NCBI GenBank assembly: GCA_002269645.1
Contig: NIVC01002358.1
Coordinates: forward strand, 62,001 to 126,000
Length of the DNA stretch: 64,000 nucleotides
From: Macrostomum lignano
Lineage: Eukaryota
Reading direction: 5' to 3'
Shown in pieces: positions 24,501-36,201 of this stretch. Position numbers and translations under genes: made by a program. Position 1 is the first letter of the stretch, and every line of letters starts with the position of its first letter. The notes beneath the pieces were generated by a model. It had not been told where the DNA came from. It saw only the letters and a list, made by a program, of their open reading frames with translations, and did no database searches.

Positions 24501-25949
24501 AAATTATGGCATTATATGCTATTTTAAGGTCAGAAAGTCAATGAAATGTGATATACAATACTGTGGTGTTAATAACTAGTGGTTTTCTTTTCATAATATG
24601 TATTGCATACACACTGCATAGCAATTGCCATACCTCTCTGGAGTGATGACATCCATTAAAGATTGTACTTTCAAGGCTAGTTTTAAGACACTCTGCATTT
24701 GCATCTAACAAATGACAGGAAGTGCACTGCTAGCTTATATCACCAGTTTTACTATAATGCATACACCTTACAATGAGAACGAAAAATGTAATGAAAGGAG
24801 TCTTTAGGTGATCCTTTTTATTGCCAATCTTCTATGTCTAGTATTCTTTCATTGAATTTGCTGAGCAGTGGCACTTCTTGATTGGGAAAACTTGGTATAG
24901 CTTCTTGCAATTGGTGTGGCTGCTTGGTGTAATTGCTTCTGAAAGTGTATTTTAAGTGAAAGAGAACAATGAAACAATCCATACATGAGTGCATATGTGC
25001 ACACTATATATGTATAAACCTATTCAATTCCAATAGTTTAGAATCTAAATTTCTACTAAGCCAGAATAGGTGGAGGCCAATGCTCCATCCCATGAAGCAT
25101 AGTGATCACTCTACTAATAGGTCCACCCAGTAGGTCATCATTGCCAAAAAATCTAGGCACAGTGCATCGCCATATGGGTAATAGCAAGGACTTCTCAAGT
25201 AGAAGGACATTACACTCCAGTTATCATATAAATTTTTTGGTGGCCAATTTTTTAAAGTGCTGTAACTTTTTAAGTATTGCATATAGAGGGCTAATTCTTT
25301 TGCTGATTTGTTCAAAATTTATTCCACTTTAAAATAATGCTACATTTACAGTTGTATCTGTATAAGGGCGGAAGCAAAATACAGTAAAGTATATGTACCT
25401 TATTATTTATTATAAAAGCTAAATTTATAATTTAAGCACACTATCTGATTTTTAGTTACTAGGAGCCTATAAACATATAGTAGCTAGCTACATCCAAGGC
25501 ATGAAGTGATTAAAGAGCAAAGATACATGCATCCAATGGCCATTGGCTTGACACGGGAGGCTCTAGCAAAGACTAACGAATGACATTATAAAAAGGGAAA
25601 ATTCTTGATGCTGCAGCAGCTAAATGTCAAAACCTTAAAGCAAAAAAAAAACAAAATAAAAGATTTAGAGTGTAGATTGACAATCAGTCACAACTAAACT
25701 TGAAACTAAACAAGGATGAAAGGGTATATAACCATAAACCATTAGAAGGCTAACAAGACATGGTAACAAGAACTGGACTAATTTAGCCCTCACCCTAGTA
25801 ATTGTGCAGTAAATGAAGAAAATCTGCACAAAGGTGCAATAAAACAATTTGTGTTATAAAAAGGTACCACCTGCGATGTCATGACTTGATTTAGTTTTTA
25901 GCTGATGACTACTACAAGGAGCCAACTTAGCCCGAAGGCACAAGCTTTT

Positions 25950-28730
25950 GCAGATGCCTACAACTGGTTTTGGACTGGCGTCCAGTAGGCTGAGACTTCC
26001 ATTGCACAACACCTCCAAAGTATGTATTCGCCAGTCACCTGGCCACACAATTCTTTTGGTCTGCCTGTAGATTGATGTCTAGAAACACTTCAAAAATGGC
26101 CAAAAAAGCAGACATGCAATAGTTGATGCAGTGAGACTTTGCAGCACCAAAGAATGAGTAGCAAAAGCGAGCAAATGCCACCATCCACTCTGGAGGGTGG
26201 CAAAGCTTCCCTTGTGAGATAAACAAAGTAAATTCGCTGCCAGCAGATAGTTGGCAATTTTCAGGATTCAGCCTAACCAGATGCTCTTAAATGGTAACAT
26301 ATCTGCTAATGAAATATAGCGCTGCTGACTCCGCATCACTCAAGCTGTCAGAAAGCTGTGGGAGATTGTCAAGGATCTTCTGGTCTCTCTTGGAAACCAC
26401 AGCAGAGCAGCAGGCTGACGGCTGATGGTCGTCAGTGAGAGTAATGTGATGCAAATGCCTGTAAAACTACATTCGGTGTAGGCATGCAGTGGCCAAAATC
26501 TGATCAACCAAAATATACTAGCAGTTGCCATGATCTTGTTGGTACACAGAGAACTCTCCCTCAAGTTGGTCAGTCTGCAGTTTGCCTAGAAAGAATGAAT
26601 AAATTTTGCAGATAAGGATTATAAATGCATGTCTCACTTTTATAATCTTATACGCACCAAGCAACACATATGAAAATCCTTGCTTGTCAATAGGTGCCTG
26701 CACAAATTGGCTAATCCATTCGCCATTGGACAGCCTTGCGCATCTTGGTGGTCAGTGATTTAGTGCGACTGGCTCCTCTTCCACCTGGCATGTGGTCCAC
26801 AATAGCAGCAAAACTGAGCAGCTCCTGGATTCCATGCGAGTTGATGCTATTGATTGGAGCTCATCGATAGTCATTCAGTCTGACATGCACTTCAAGTGAC
26901 TTGACATTAAGGATAGTCCAGAAGTTGATGAACTTCTCTACAAACTCTGCTGTTTCATTGTAACCATTCAGCTAAAGAGCCACAACTGTTTTGTCATGGG
27001 AGATGTCTAGCACAAGGGACACTTTCTGTCTCTTGAGAGGTGAAGAGTGATATGCAACTGGATTAAGTGGCATCAACCTCGATTTTTACAAGGTCGCTCC
27101 ACTTAGCTCGCTTGACTGCACCTCTGACCACTGGCTCAAATTCAATCTCGCCTGCGTACTGTATTAGCCAGTTGTTCCTAATGTTCTTCAATAGGTGTAC
27201 AAGATTGTACAGCAGGTACAATGGTTGATCTAGCTGGATTTTTAGCAATCCATGGAGCAGTAGAATCTTCTGCTGCAGTTGCTTAAAGCAGTTGTGGTTC
27301 ATGAAATAGTTATCGCATATAATGCTAACAACTGAGCCCCTATTCTCATGTAGTAGGTGAATAAGACGCACTACCTGGTCATGCAGGAAGGTTGACTGTA
27401 GGCTATATATTGGAATTAGTCTGGCAACATATGCCTGACCACCCATAAATGGCTTGACCATCAGGGCCAAAACAGTTCGTGCAAGTTGCTATGGTTCATC
27501 CTCTGTATACCCAATAGTATGACACCTGCTGAATTGGAGCAATGGCTTGACATATACCTTGTCAAAAAGAATTGAACAGTAGCGCTAGGATGGGCTGCAT
27601 AGTTTAAGGTGTGACCGCACAATGCTTTGGCAGTCGGCATCTGTTCCAACACTGCTGAGACTGCCAATGTGTCGCTTGAGAGTAGCTGGATAAGGCAAAC
27701 AGGCGTATTGCCACATGGTTCCATATGCTACCCTGCCAGAAAAAATGAGATTGGCTGCAGCTAAGACGTTGCCAAAAGTGGATCAGACTCCATTTGTATT
27801 TGGTAAGCTTAGCTTTAATTGTCTCAATAGAAATGCTTGTCAAGGATTGTTGACTAGATCACAAGCGGCCTGCAAAGTCTAAATGCTTGTCTAATTCAAC
27901 AGACTGCACGACTTGTATATGCTTCACTCTGTTTAGCATAGCTTCCAACTGGCTGAACTGCTCAAGTTGGTTTTGAAAACCCAATAGATCCATGATGTGC
28001 ACTGATGTATTGCATCAGTGAGCGACTGCTGTTAGGTTGCTTCTTATGGAAACATAGGCATCTGCAGTTCGATCAGTAACTTTCAGCAGGTTCACATGGT
28101 CCGACTCTTGCTGCACGAGCCATCTATCAGTAGAAATGCAGTTCATTTTACTAACATGCTCAGTGAACATCTGCCATAAACTAATGCGGTCATGTGCATT
28201 AAACTCTTCTAGTTCATCTAGGATTGCAGCTCGCTCATTTAAAAGCATGCAACATTGGGACACATCCCTTGATTTCCCTGAAAAGTTCATTGATATCAAA
28301 ATATTACTTTTTTAATCCAAGTATTACTTTGGCTAATGCCAAAAAGACTCGGAAATCTCACTTGGTACAGTTTGATGCAATGTGCTAGGTGCAACAGATG
28401 GGAATATATTTGGTGAATCAACAGGCCATAGAAAGTGCTTCACCTTCACTATCCTTGCATTTTTAGGCCAATACTTGACACAAATCCTTGTCAAGTTTGT
28501 TATACTCTGTGGAAAATAAGTATAATATTGACATTATAATGTAAAGAACAAGCATGGAAAGGTTTTAATGCACAAAAAATATCTACCTTAACTGTGGTAG
28601 GCAAGGCTTTTTTCCATGCTTCATAGTCAGCTGTAGACTTTGGGAAACTATAAACAGTAACTTTAGGCCCAGTAAGGTAGTTTCCTTTGCAGCCAAGAAT
28701 GCAGCACTTCAATGGCATGAACACTAACTA
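25950..28730 (-). mobile_element. Decayed P-element (THAP + transposase) relic
   Basis: THAP start MPLKCCILGC...YSFPK...W (28724) and RICVKYW; core GSVVSIICDN...YNLVHLLKNIRNNW (27063-27470); LQTDQLEGEFSVYQQDHG; C-terminal ALYFISRYV and ISQGKLCHP. Multiple stops and frameshifts. Confidence 0.85.
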
Positions 28731-29349
28731 GAATTAGGCTTATGACAAATTTAAACAAATATTTCTTTTAATAGATAACAGTTTTAGGGCAATAACCTAA
28801 GTAATAATAGAACAAAAATAATAATTTATATAATAATAATAAATACTCTCATAAAATGTAGTTTCCTTTGCAGTCAGGAATGCAGCACTTTAATAGCATG
28901 AACACTAGCTAGAATTAGGTTTATGAAAAATGTAAAAAATAAGTAGGTAAGTATACTTAACCTACCTAGTCAATATAGTCATAGCTATTCATATTCCTAG
29001 CCAAGATAAGACCAATACTTAAAGCTAATATTCGCAATAAGAGTAAAAACAAATATTATGCCTCTGCCTCTGCCATGCCTCTTTGTATTCATTTTAAGTA
29101 TACTAGTGAAAGAAAAAACTTTTGGTGGCACCTTTCTCTTTGTCTATCATTACAAAAAGAGTAAACTTTTCTAATTAATTTTTACTGAAGAAAAAGTCAT
29201 AAAAAGAGCTTAAATACAAATGGCATGGACCCAGTCAAATTAAAAAGTAATACAATATGATGTTTGTGTTCACATATTGATGGGACTTTTTAAGGCAAGG
29301 CTGCAATCAAGCACAGCAGTTAATTTAGGATGAAAAATGTGAAAATTTC

Positions 29350-31250
29350 CTATCTTGCCAATGCATTTTATGGTGAAAATTGGCCATGTAAAAATTTCCA
29401 TGAAAGCTGAGTGTAACGTCCTTCTACTTAAGATGTTCTTGGGTAATAGTAGAAGATGTGGTTTACCAAGTTGGGGGTGCCACAGTCTGTGCAAGAGTTG
29501 TGATCCTGCATGCCAAGGAAGTGGCGAATGGTTCTATACAAGGTGCTGGCTCTAGCATAGAGTTGATTGATGGTGACATTCTCTTGTTGATTGCAGTTAG
29601 ATTGTAGTTGGCAAAGAGGTAGGTTGAAGAGCACTCAAAGAAGTTGGCAATGTTCTATGGTGACAATACATTAGGTACTAGGTGAGGCCCCATTGACCCA
29701 GCTAATGCTGCTGTAGTCAGCACAGGCACGGATAGTGGCAATGTAGGCCATGTGGAGGACTTTAAAGTGGGCACCTATGTTGCAATAGGCTAGGGTGTTG
29801 ATGGTACTACAGAGTTAGGCCATCTGCTGGTAGACCTCAGTGCCATGTTTGGCAAAATTGAACTCACTATTGAGAGTGATACCAAGCAAATGGGGATGCA
29901 GGTTGAAGGCAATGTCATGGCTGCTGATGGTAAATTGAAGGCACACCTTGCTGTATGAGTGAATGTCATATACTCACATTTTTGTAGCTGATAAGTACCT
30001 TCCAATGGCTGCACCATGATGCCTTGGTTTCTAAGGCTAGCTGGATTATGTGGGCACAGTCAGTAAAACAGTGATAGGTGGCAAGGAGATTGAGGCCGGA
30101 TTCTTAGGTATGGCTGATAGTGGGTGGCCTGGCAGGGCATTGCCACAGACATTGTGGGCCAGGCAAAAAAGTCAGAGTTGATGTCAAGGTTGATGCAGGT
30201 GTCTTCCTTATGCTGCTGCTTTGCCAGGATAATAGTGTTACAGAGGCAGTGGTAGGCCTTGTGGAAAACTTGCTCATTTAATGAATAATACACTTGTAAA
30301 AAGGGAATGCCAAACTAAACATGCTTAGTGCCAACATGTTTCAATGCAAACCATCCTCTTTAGGGCACGCTGCAACAAACAACCTCAACAACCATATATT
30401 TATAATCAGAACTAAACAAAACAGTAGACAGAATGATTTTAGTCCAGTCAATAAAATAGAGTACATTGAGAAGAGAGTCACCCTCTAGTGACCACTCACA
30501 GTACTCTGAGTTGGTGCTCCATGTACCCCACTGCTAGCAAGCTGTACATTTAAACTATGCTTATTAACTTTGATGTACAAGCTATGAAGCTTCAATAATT
30601 CTTATTTTAAAATCTTTTTTACTTCTATCTAACATTGAACATCTGCATAGGATCATTGTCAAAACATGCTGTGCAACCTAACAAGTGATCTTAAATTGCA
30701 AAAACTTAAAGGTAGGTCTGTTGGAAAAAGGAGATGTTCTGCTCCATGGCATTGAGTTCAACTAGACTACAAGCAGTTTGGCAGGCCTCTTGAGCAGCAT
30801 TGCAGTCGTTGTTCCAGAACTTGGCAGCGTTGTGGCAGCAGCCCCTCAGGATGGTGTACAATGTGGTTGTGCAGGATGTCTTTGCAGAGATTGTTGTAGG
30901 CCTGATTGGTGCTATTTGCAGATTGTGCAAAGCATTTGCAAGAGTTAGAGCTCTGAGCAGAAGCTTGCCCAGTCTGCCTTTTTGAAGGCCGACTGAAAGG
31001 GGCTGTGGGAAGCCCTCTGACACTTGCTAACTTGGATGGCAAATGTGATAGGAAGATGATGAGAGCCTAGATCGTTGATGGGGTCTAGCTTTTGTGCACC
31101 ACTTTGCCAGTGGCGCCCCAACACCATGTAGAGTTGGGCCTAGGTGGTTGGAGGTGGCCCACAATTCGAAGGCAAGGCTGGTGTCTTCATCAAGCTTCAT
31201 CAGAGCTATAGTCAGTTTTGGATGCACATATGCAAGTTTTGTTCCATAGA
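29350..31250 (-). mobile_element. Decayed LINE ORF2 relic (endonuclease end, RT thumb, probable RNase H; RT core not found)
   Basis: DLGSHHLPITF...FKKADWASFCSEL (endonuclease C-terminus, ~31050-30945); WCSHWKVLISYK and LLGITLNSEFNFAKH...YIATIRACADYSSISW (RT thumb, ~29990-29700). Confidence 0.78.
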
Positions 31251-31751
31251 CAGCGAGACAAAGGCACTGTTTTGTAACCCAGTGTCAGAATTGAATGACA
31301 ATGGAAACTCCTATTTTGTATTTTTACCTTCCTATTTAGGCAGACAAGAGCAATTACTTCAACAATAAGCCTGATTGCCTGAACAGTAGTTTGTTAGTAA
31401 CCTGTATATTTAATAGCAGTAGTAGGGAGCGAGGTGGAATTAGGTTAGTGCTATGTTCACAGTTTTCAAATGCAAGTACATGTAAGCCTACAGAGGCATA
31501 CTTCTTTAACCGATTGCCGCCTGCAAATGTCCGGCAGGCAAACGTCGGCTGGCAAACGTAGACCCGTTCAAATATTTTGTGATCATAAGATAGACAAAAT
31601 TTACCTATTGATAAAAGTTTACATGTGCATATATTGAACTAATATTTTTTTCATTCAAAAGTTTTCTTTAAACCCCTTTCTCTACTTATAAGTAGACAGT
31701 GTAGCACTCCTACACTATCTTAGTTTCAGAGAAATCAATAAAAAAATTTTA

Positions 31752-33159
31752 ATGAAGCTAAAGGCACAGCCAGACTATGACACCCAGCGGGATGAGAAGG
31801 AGGGCCGCCTGCGGGATGTGTCCGACCAGGCCATCTGGTGGCTGTCCTCCTGCAAGCCCGGTTATGGAGTGCAGAACCTCATGAGCGACTCGCTGGCCAC
31901 CTACTGGCAGTCTGACGGGCCGCAGCCTCACCTGGTGAACATTCAGTTCCGCAGGAAGACGGCCGTCTGCTCTCTGTGCGTTTATGTTGACTTCAAGCAG
32001 GACGAGTCCTACACTCCCAGCAAGCTGGCTGTGAAGGCTGGCAACCACTTCCAGGTGCGCTCCTGTTTCCGCATTTCCTCAGCCAGCCTCCCAGATCCTC
32101 AGTTGCTGGGCCACCGCCAGCCTCCCAGACCCTCAGTTTCTGGGGCACCGCCAGCCTCCCAGATCCTCAGTTGCTGGGCCACCGCCAGCCTCCCAGATCC
32201 TCAGTTGCTGGGCCACCGCCAGCCTCCCAGACCCTCAGTTTCTGGGGGCACCGCCAGCCTCCCAGACCCTCAGTTTCTGGGGGCACCGCCAGCCTCCCAG
32301 ATCCTCAGTTGCTGGGCCACCGCCAGCCTCCCAGACCCTCAGTTTCTGGGGGCACCGCCAGCCTCCCAGATCCTCAGTTGCTGGGCCACCGCCAACCTCC
32401 CAGATCCTCAGTTGCTGGGCCACCGCCAGCCTCCCAGACCCTCAGTTTCTGGGGGCACCGCCAGCCTCCCAGATCCTCAGTTGCTGGGCCACCGCCAGCC
32501 TCCCAGATCCTCAGTTGCTGGGCCACCGCCAGCCTCCCAGATCCTCAGTTGCTGGGGGCACCGCCAGCCTCCAAGATCCTCAGTTGCTGGGCCAGCCTCC
32601 CAGATCCTCAGTTGCTGGACCACCTCCAGCCTCCCAGATCCTCAGTTGCTGGACCACCGCCAGCCTCCCAGACCCTCAGTTTCTGGGGGCACCGCCAGCC
32701 TCCCAGATCCTCAGTTGCTGGGCCACCGCCAGCCTCCCAGACCCTCAGTTTCTGGGGGCACCGCCAGCCTCCCAGATCCTCAGTTGCTGGGGCCACCGCC
32801 AATCTCCCAGATCCTCAGTTGCTGGGCCACCGGTCAAGTTAGCTCCAATCTTCGGCTTCCCTGACAATCCAGAGACCCATCACTCACCTTAACCCACGCC
32901 GCAGGACCTGGAAGAGGTGGAGTCCGTTGAGCTGCTCGAGCCCTCAGGCTGGGTGGTCATCGACCTGCGGAGCGGCGGCCGGCCGCGCCGGGCCTTCATC
33001 CTGCAGCTGGTGGTGCTGGCCAACCACCAGAACGGCCGCGACACCCACCTGCGCCGGATCAAGGTGCTGTCGCTGGCAGCTGGCGGCGGCAGCGGCGTCG
33101 GTGACAGCCAGCAGGGCGGCGGAGCCTCCAGCCTGGCCATCTTTGATAAAATTCGCTGA
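31752..33159 (+). CDS. ANAPC10: Anaphase-promoting complex subunit 10 (APC10/DOC1), 2 exons
   Basis: Exons 31752-32054 and 32905-33159, phase 0. Contains WWLSSCKPGYGV, TYWQSDGPQPHLVNIQFRRK, DESYTPSK, ELLEPSGW, VLANHQNGRDTHLRRIKV and the conserved C-terminal IR tail (FDKIR*). Confidence 0.97.
32085..32830. repeat. ~34-bp intronic minisatellite (cagcctcccagatcctcagttgctgggccaccgc)
   Basis: About 22 copies filling the ANAPC10 intron, with two alternating variants. Confidence 0.93.
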
Positions 33160-33739
33160 GCTCTTCATCTCTCCGTCTATACGCGGTCCTAGCGCTTTGC
33201 GTTTATTTCAATTGGCATTTTTCACCTTTTTATGTCTATAAGTAGTACGATTTGCTACTGACTGCTACACTACTGATCGATATCAGTAGTTGATGCTAAT
33301 TTTCCCGATGTATTTGCATAAATAAACAAGTATTTAGTAGTCCGGTACTGCAGGTCAAAAATGATTTGCTGCATAAAATTAGTCATTTATTTGTACAAAG
33401 CCTTATCAAATTAAATGGGGAAAGTAAGATAGATATTAAATGTTTTTTTTCGTATTATTTGTTATTAAGTACGATTGCTAAATTTTGAGTCATTATAAAC
33501 AAAAAGCAGAAAACTTCGTACTCTACGGCCGTACTTCTGTGCTCAGAAACCCCTACTTACTCACTGACAGGCCAAGGAGATCTCGAAGGGCTATTCTGGA
33601 GTAGCAACTTTTCACGCAACCAGTTTACTTTCAGACACCATTTTTAAGCTACTCAGAGAGCAGGCGGTCTCTGAGACCACCAATAGTTAAGGGGAGAGTT
33701 TGGCTTGCGGTTAGGTTAAAGTCAAGCCTCGGGGGGGGG

Positions 33740-34050
33740 GGCGGGTTGCTGAGCTGCTGCGGGGGTTGCTGAGCTGCCGTAGTGTGAGTTGCTGAGCTGC
33801 TGCGGGGGTTGCTGAGCTGCCGTAGGAGAGGTTGCTGAACTGCTGCGGGGGTTGCTGAGCTGCCGTAGTGTGAGTTGCTGAGCTGCTGCGGGGGTTGCTG
33901 AGCTGCCGTAGTCCGTAGGAGAGGTTGCTGAGCTGCTGCGGGGGTTGCTGAGCTGCCGTAGCCCGTAGGAGAGGTTGCTGAACTGCTGCGGGGGTTGCTG
34001 AGCTGCCGTGGGGTGAGTTGCTGAACTGCCGTAGGGGCGGGGAGCTGCTT
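33740..34050. repeat. Minisatellite based on gttgctgagctgc
   Basis: Degenerate ~20-23 bp tandem units. Confidence 0.85.
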
Positions 34051-34441
34051 CGGCTGAGAAGCTGGAAACTGAGGACACAATGCTTTTTTTCTTTTCAACA
34101 TCTTCATATTCGCAGCGCCCCACGATACACGCGCAACTGGACACAAAAGTGACAGAACAGTTTTATTAGTTAATAATTTTGTGCTAAAGAAATAAACTTC
34201 GAAGTTCGCATGTAAAATCATGCAATTCGAGCTATTGTATTTGAAAATGAGAGTTACTAACTCCAGAGTTGTCGTTTAAGATCTCCTTGGCCTTAGGGAG
34301 TGATTCAGCTCACTGAGCTCATATAGCCCTTACTGAAGATAACAGTTGCCGTCCAGATAAGCCGCTAAAAGCGAATATAAGCGAATGCGGGTAGAACTGC
34401 TTTGTTGACAATCTATAAAGTGAGCCAATTTAGCCACCACA

Positions 34442-34765
34442 ATGGAGCAGTGGGTTGTTCTGGCCATCATTCTGGCTGTGCTGGCAGCTGGCTGCCTGGT
34501 CAGCTGCTATCTCTGCTACAAGCGCCGGTTGCAGCGTCGGCGTGAGGAGAAACTCGGAAAATCGCATGCGGTTCGGAGTGCCATCGCTGGGGCCTACGTG
34601 AACTCGGCCATGATGCAGCAGGGGGAGCTGGGCGGCAGCGCCGATCTCATCGCCGTGGCGCCGTCCGCGGCCAGACCAGTCCGGTTTGATTATTACGGCG
34701 AAACTGGCAGAGGCGACTCGGCGATTTTCTACACGCACGGGTCCGCGGCTGGCACCGCCGTTTAG
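34442..34765 (+). CDS. Small single-pass membrane protein, 107 aa
   Basis: N-terminal hydrophobic helix (WVVLAIILAVLAAGCLVSCYLCY) followed by KRRLQRRR, with a Tyr-containing tail. GC3-rich codons; preceded by tttag|ccaccacaATG. Confidence 0.65.
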   Translation: MEQWVVLAIILAVLAAGCLVSCYLCYKRRLQRRREEKLGKSHAVRSAIAGAYVNSAMMQQGELGGSADLIAVAPSAARPVRFDYYGETGRGDSAIFYTHGSAAGTAV

Positions 34766-35321
34766 ACCGCGGGAGCTCTCCCTGTACTGTAACTACATGT
34801 TTGTGATTTGGGGTGCTGTTTTGCTCATTGGTATAAGTATGCTCAGGAGGGCCTCCACCTTGTGACGCGTTAGGAAATCAGAATTTTGCTTCAGGGCGCC
34901 AAAATGACCCTACTCTCCTTGCATGGATAAATCATGGATGAAGCATCCATGATGCCATGTATGGATCATACCTGAACATGTATGGAGCCATACCTGATCA
35001 TACATGGTTCCACGTAAACTTCATCCATGGTTACTTTCCATCCATGTACATTGATGTATGATTTTAAATATAATTTTCCTTACTACACTACTGTTAGTAG
35101 AACGCAATGTTTGCGTAGGTTCATTTTAAAGCTGAAATTTTCTAAACAAATTCGGCAGCATCTTTAGTGCTGCTGAGAAATATGTTTCCATTCCCTTATA
35201 AATCACTTTCAAAACAAAAAAGTATCAGAACAAATACTTATGCAATTAAATGTAGAAGTAATTGAAAACTCGTATGATGACCATTTCGAGACTTATATTA
35301 TTAATGATAATTAGGCATAAT

Positions 35322-35872
35322 TCATTTCAAAGTACTGTAAGAAAAAATAAGACAGCTCAGTCTCAGAGAGCTTTAAAATACAGAATGGACAGAATTTGAC
35401 GCATTTCAAGGTACTGTAAGAAAAAATAAGACAGCTCAGAGAGCTTTAAAATACAGAATAGACAGAATTTGACGCATTTCAAGGTACTGTAAGAAAAAAT
35501 AAAACAGCTCAGAGAGCTTTAAAATACAGAATAGACAGAATTTGACGCATTTCAAGGTACTGTAAGAAAAAATAAAACAGCTCAGAGAGCTTTAAAATAC
35601 AGAATAGACAGAATTTGACGCATTTCAAGGTACTGTAAGAAAAAATAAAACAGCTCAGAGAGCTTTAAAATACAGAATGGACAGAATTTGACGCATTTCA
35701 AGGTACTGTAAGAAAAAATAAAACAGCTCAGAGAGCTTTAAAATACAGAATAGACAGAATTTGACGCATTTCAAGGTACTGTAAGAAAAAATAAAACAGC
35801 TCAGAGAGCTTTAAGATACAGAATAGACAGAATTTGACGCATTTCAAGGTACTGTAAGAAAAAATAAAACAG
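35322..35872. repeat. 73-bp tandem repeat, ~7.5 near-identical copies, inside the EnSpm 3' region
   Basis: Unit gcatttcaaggtactgtaagaaaaaataaaacagctcagagagctttaaaatacagaatagacagaatttgac; the period (35401 to 35474) is 73. Confidence 0.95.
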
Positions 35873-36201
35873 TAAATTTTACTGAACAGTCAATAAATAG
35901 AATTAGCCGAATTCGGTACGCATTAAGGGCAAGGGCCGACTAATCCTTTACGAAACGAAGTTAATGCTGCATTAGTCAATTATTTGCGCACAGAAACTTG
36001 GAGATTTTGAATATGGAGAGATCGGACAAAGAGAGGTAACGGTGGGAGTCTGAGAGGGAGGAAGTTGGGCATCTGGAAAGTTATTCTGATTCCCTGATGG
36101 TTTTATCTTGGTCATGGAGCATAATTTTATTTTCTGCCAGACTTTGCAGCATTAATAATAAAATAATCGGATCTAAGGTACGGACACATACTCGTACCTT
36201 T

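Noticed and set aside
35322-35872. 73-bp array as a CRISPR array
   Set aside because: Units are near-identical end to end, with no spacers.
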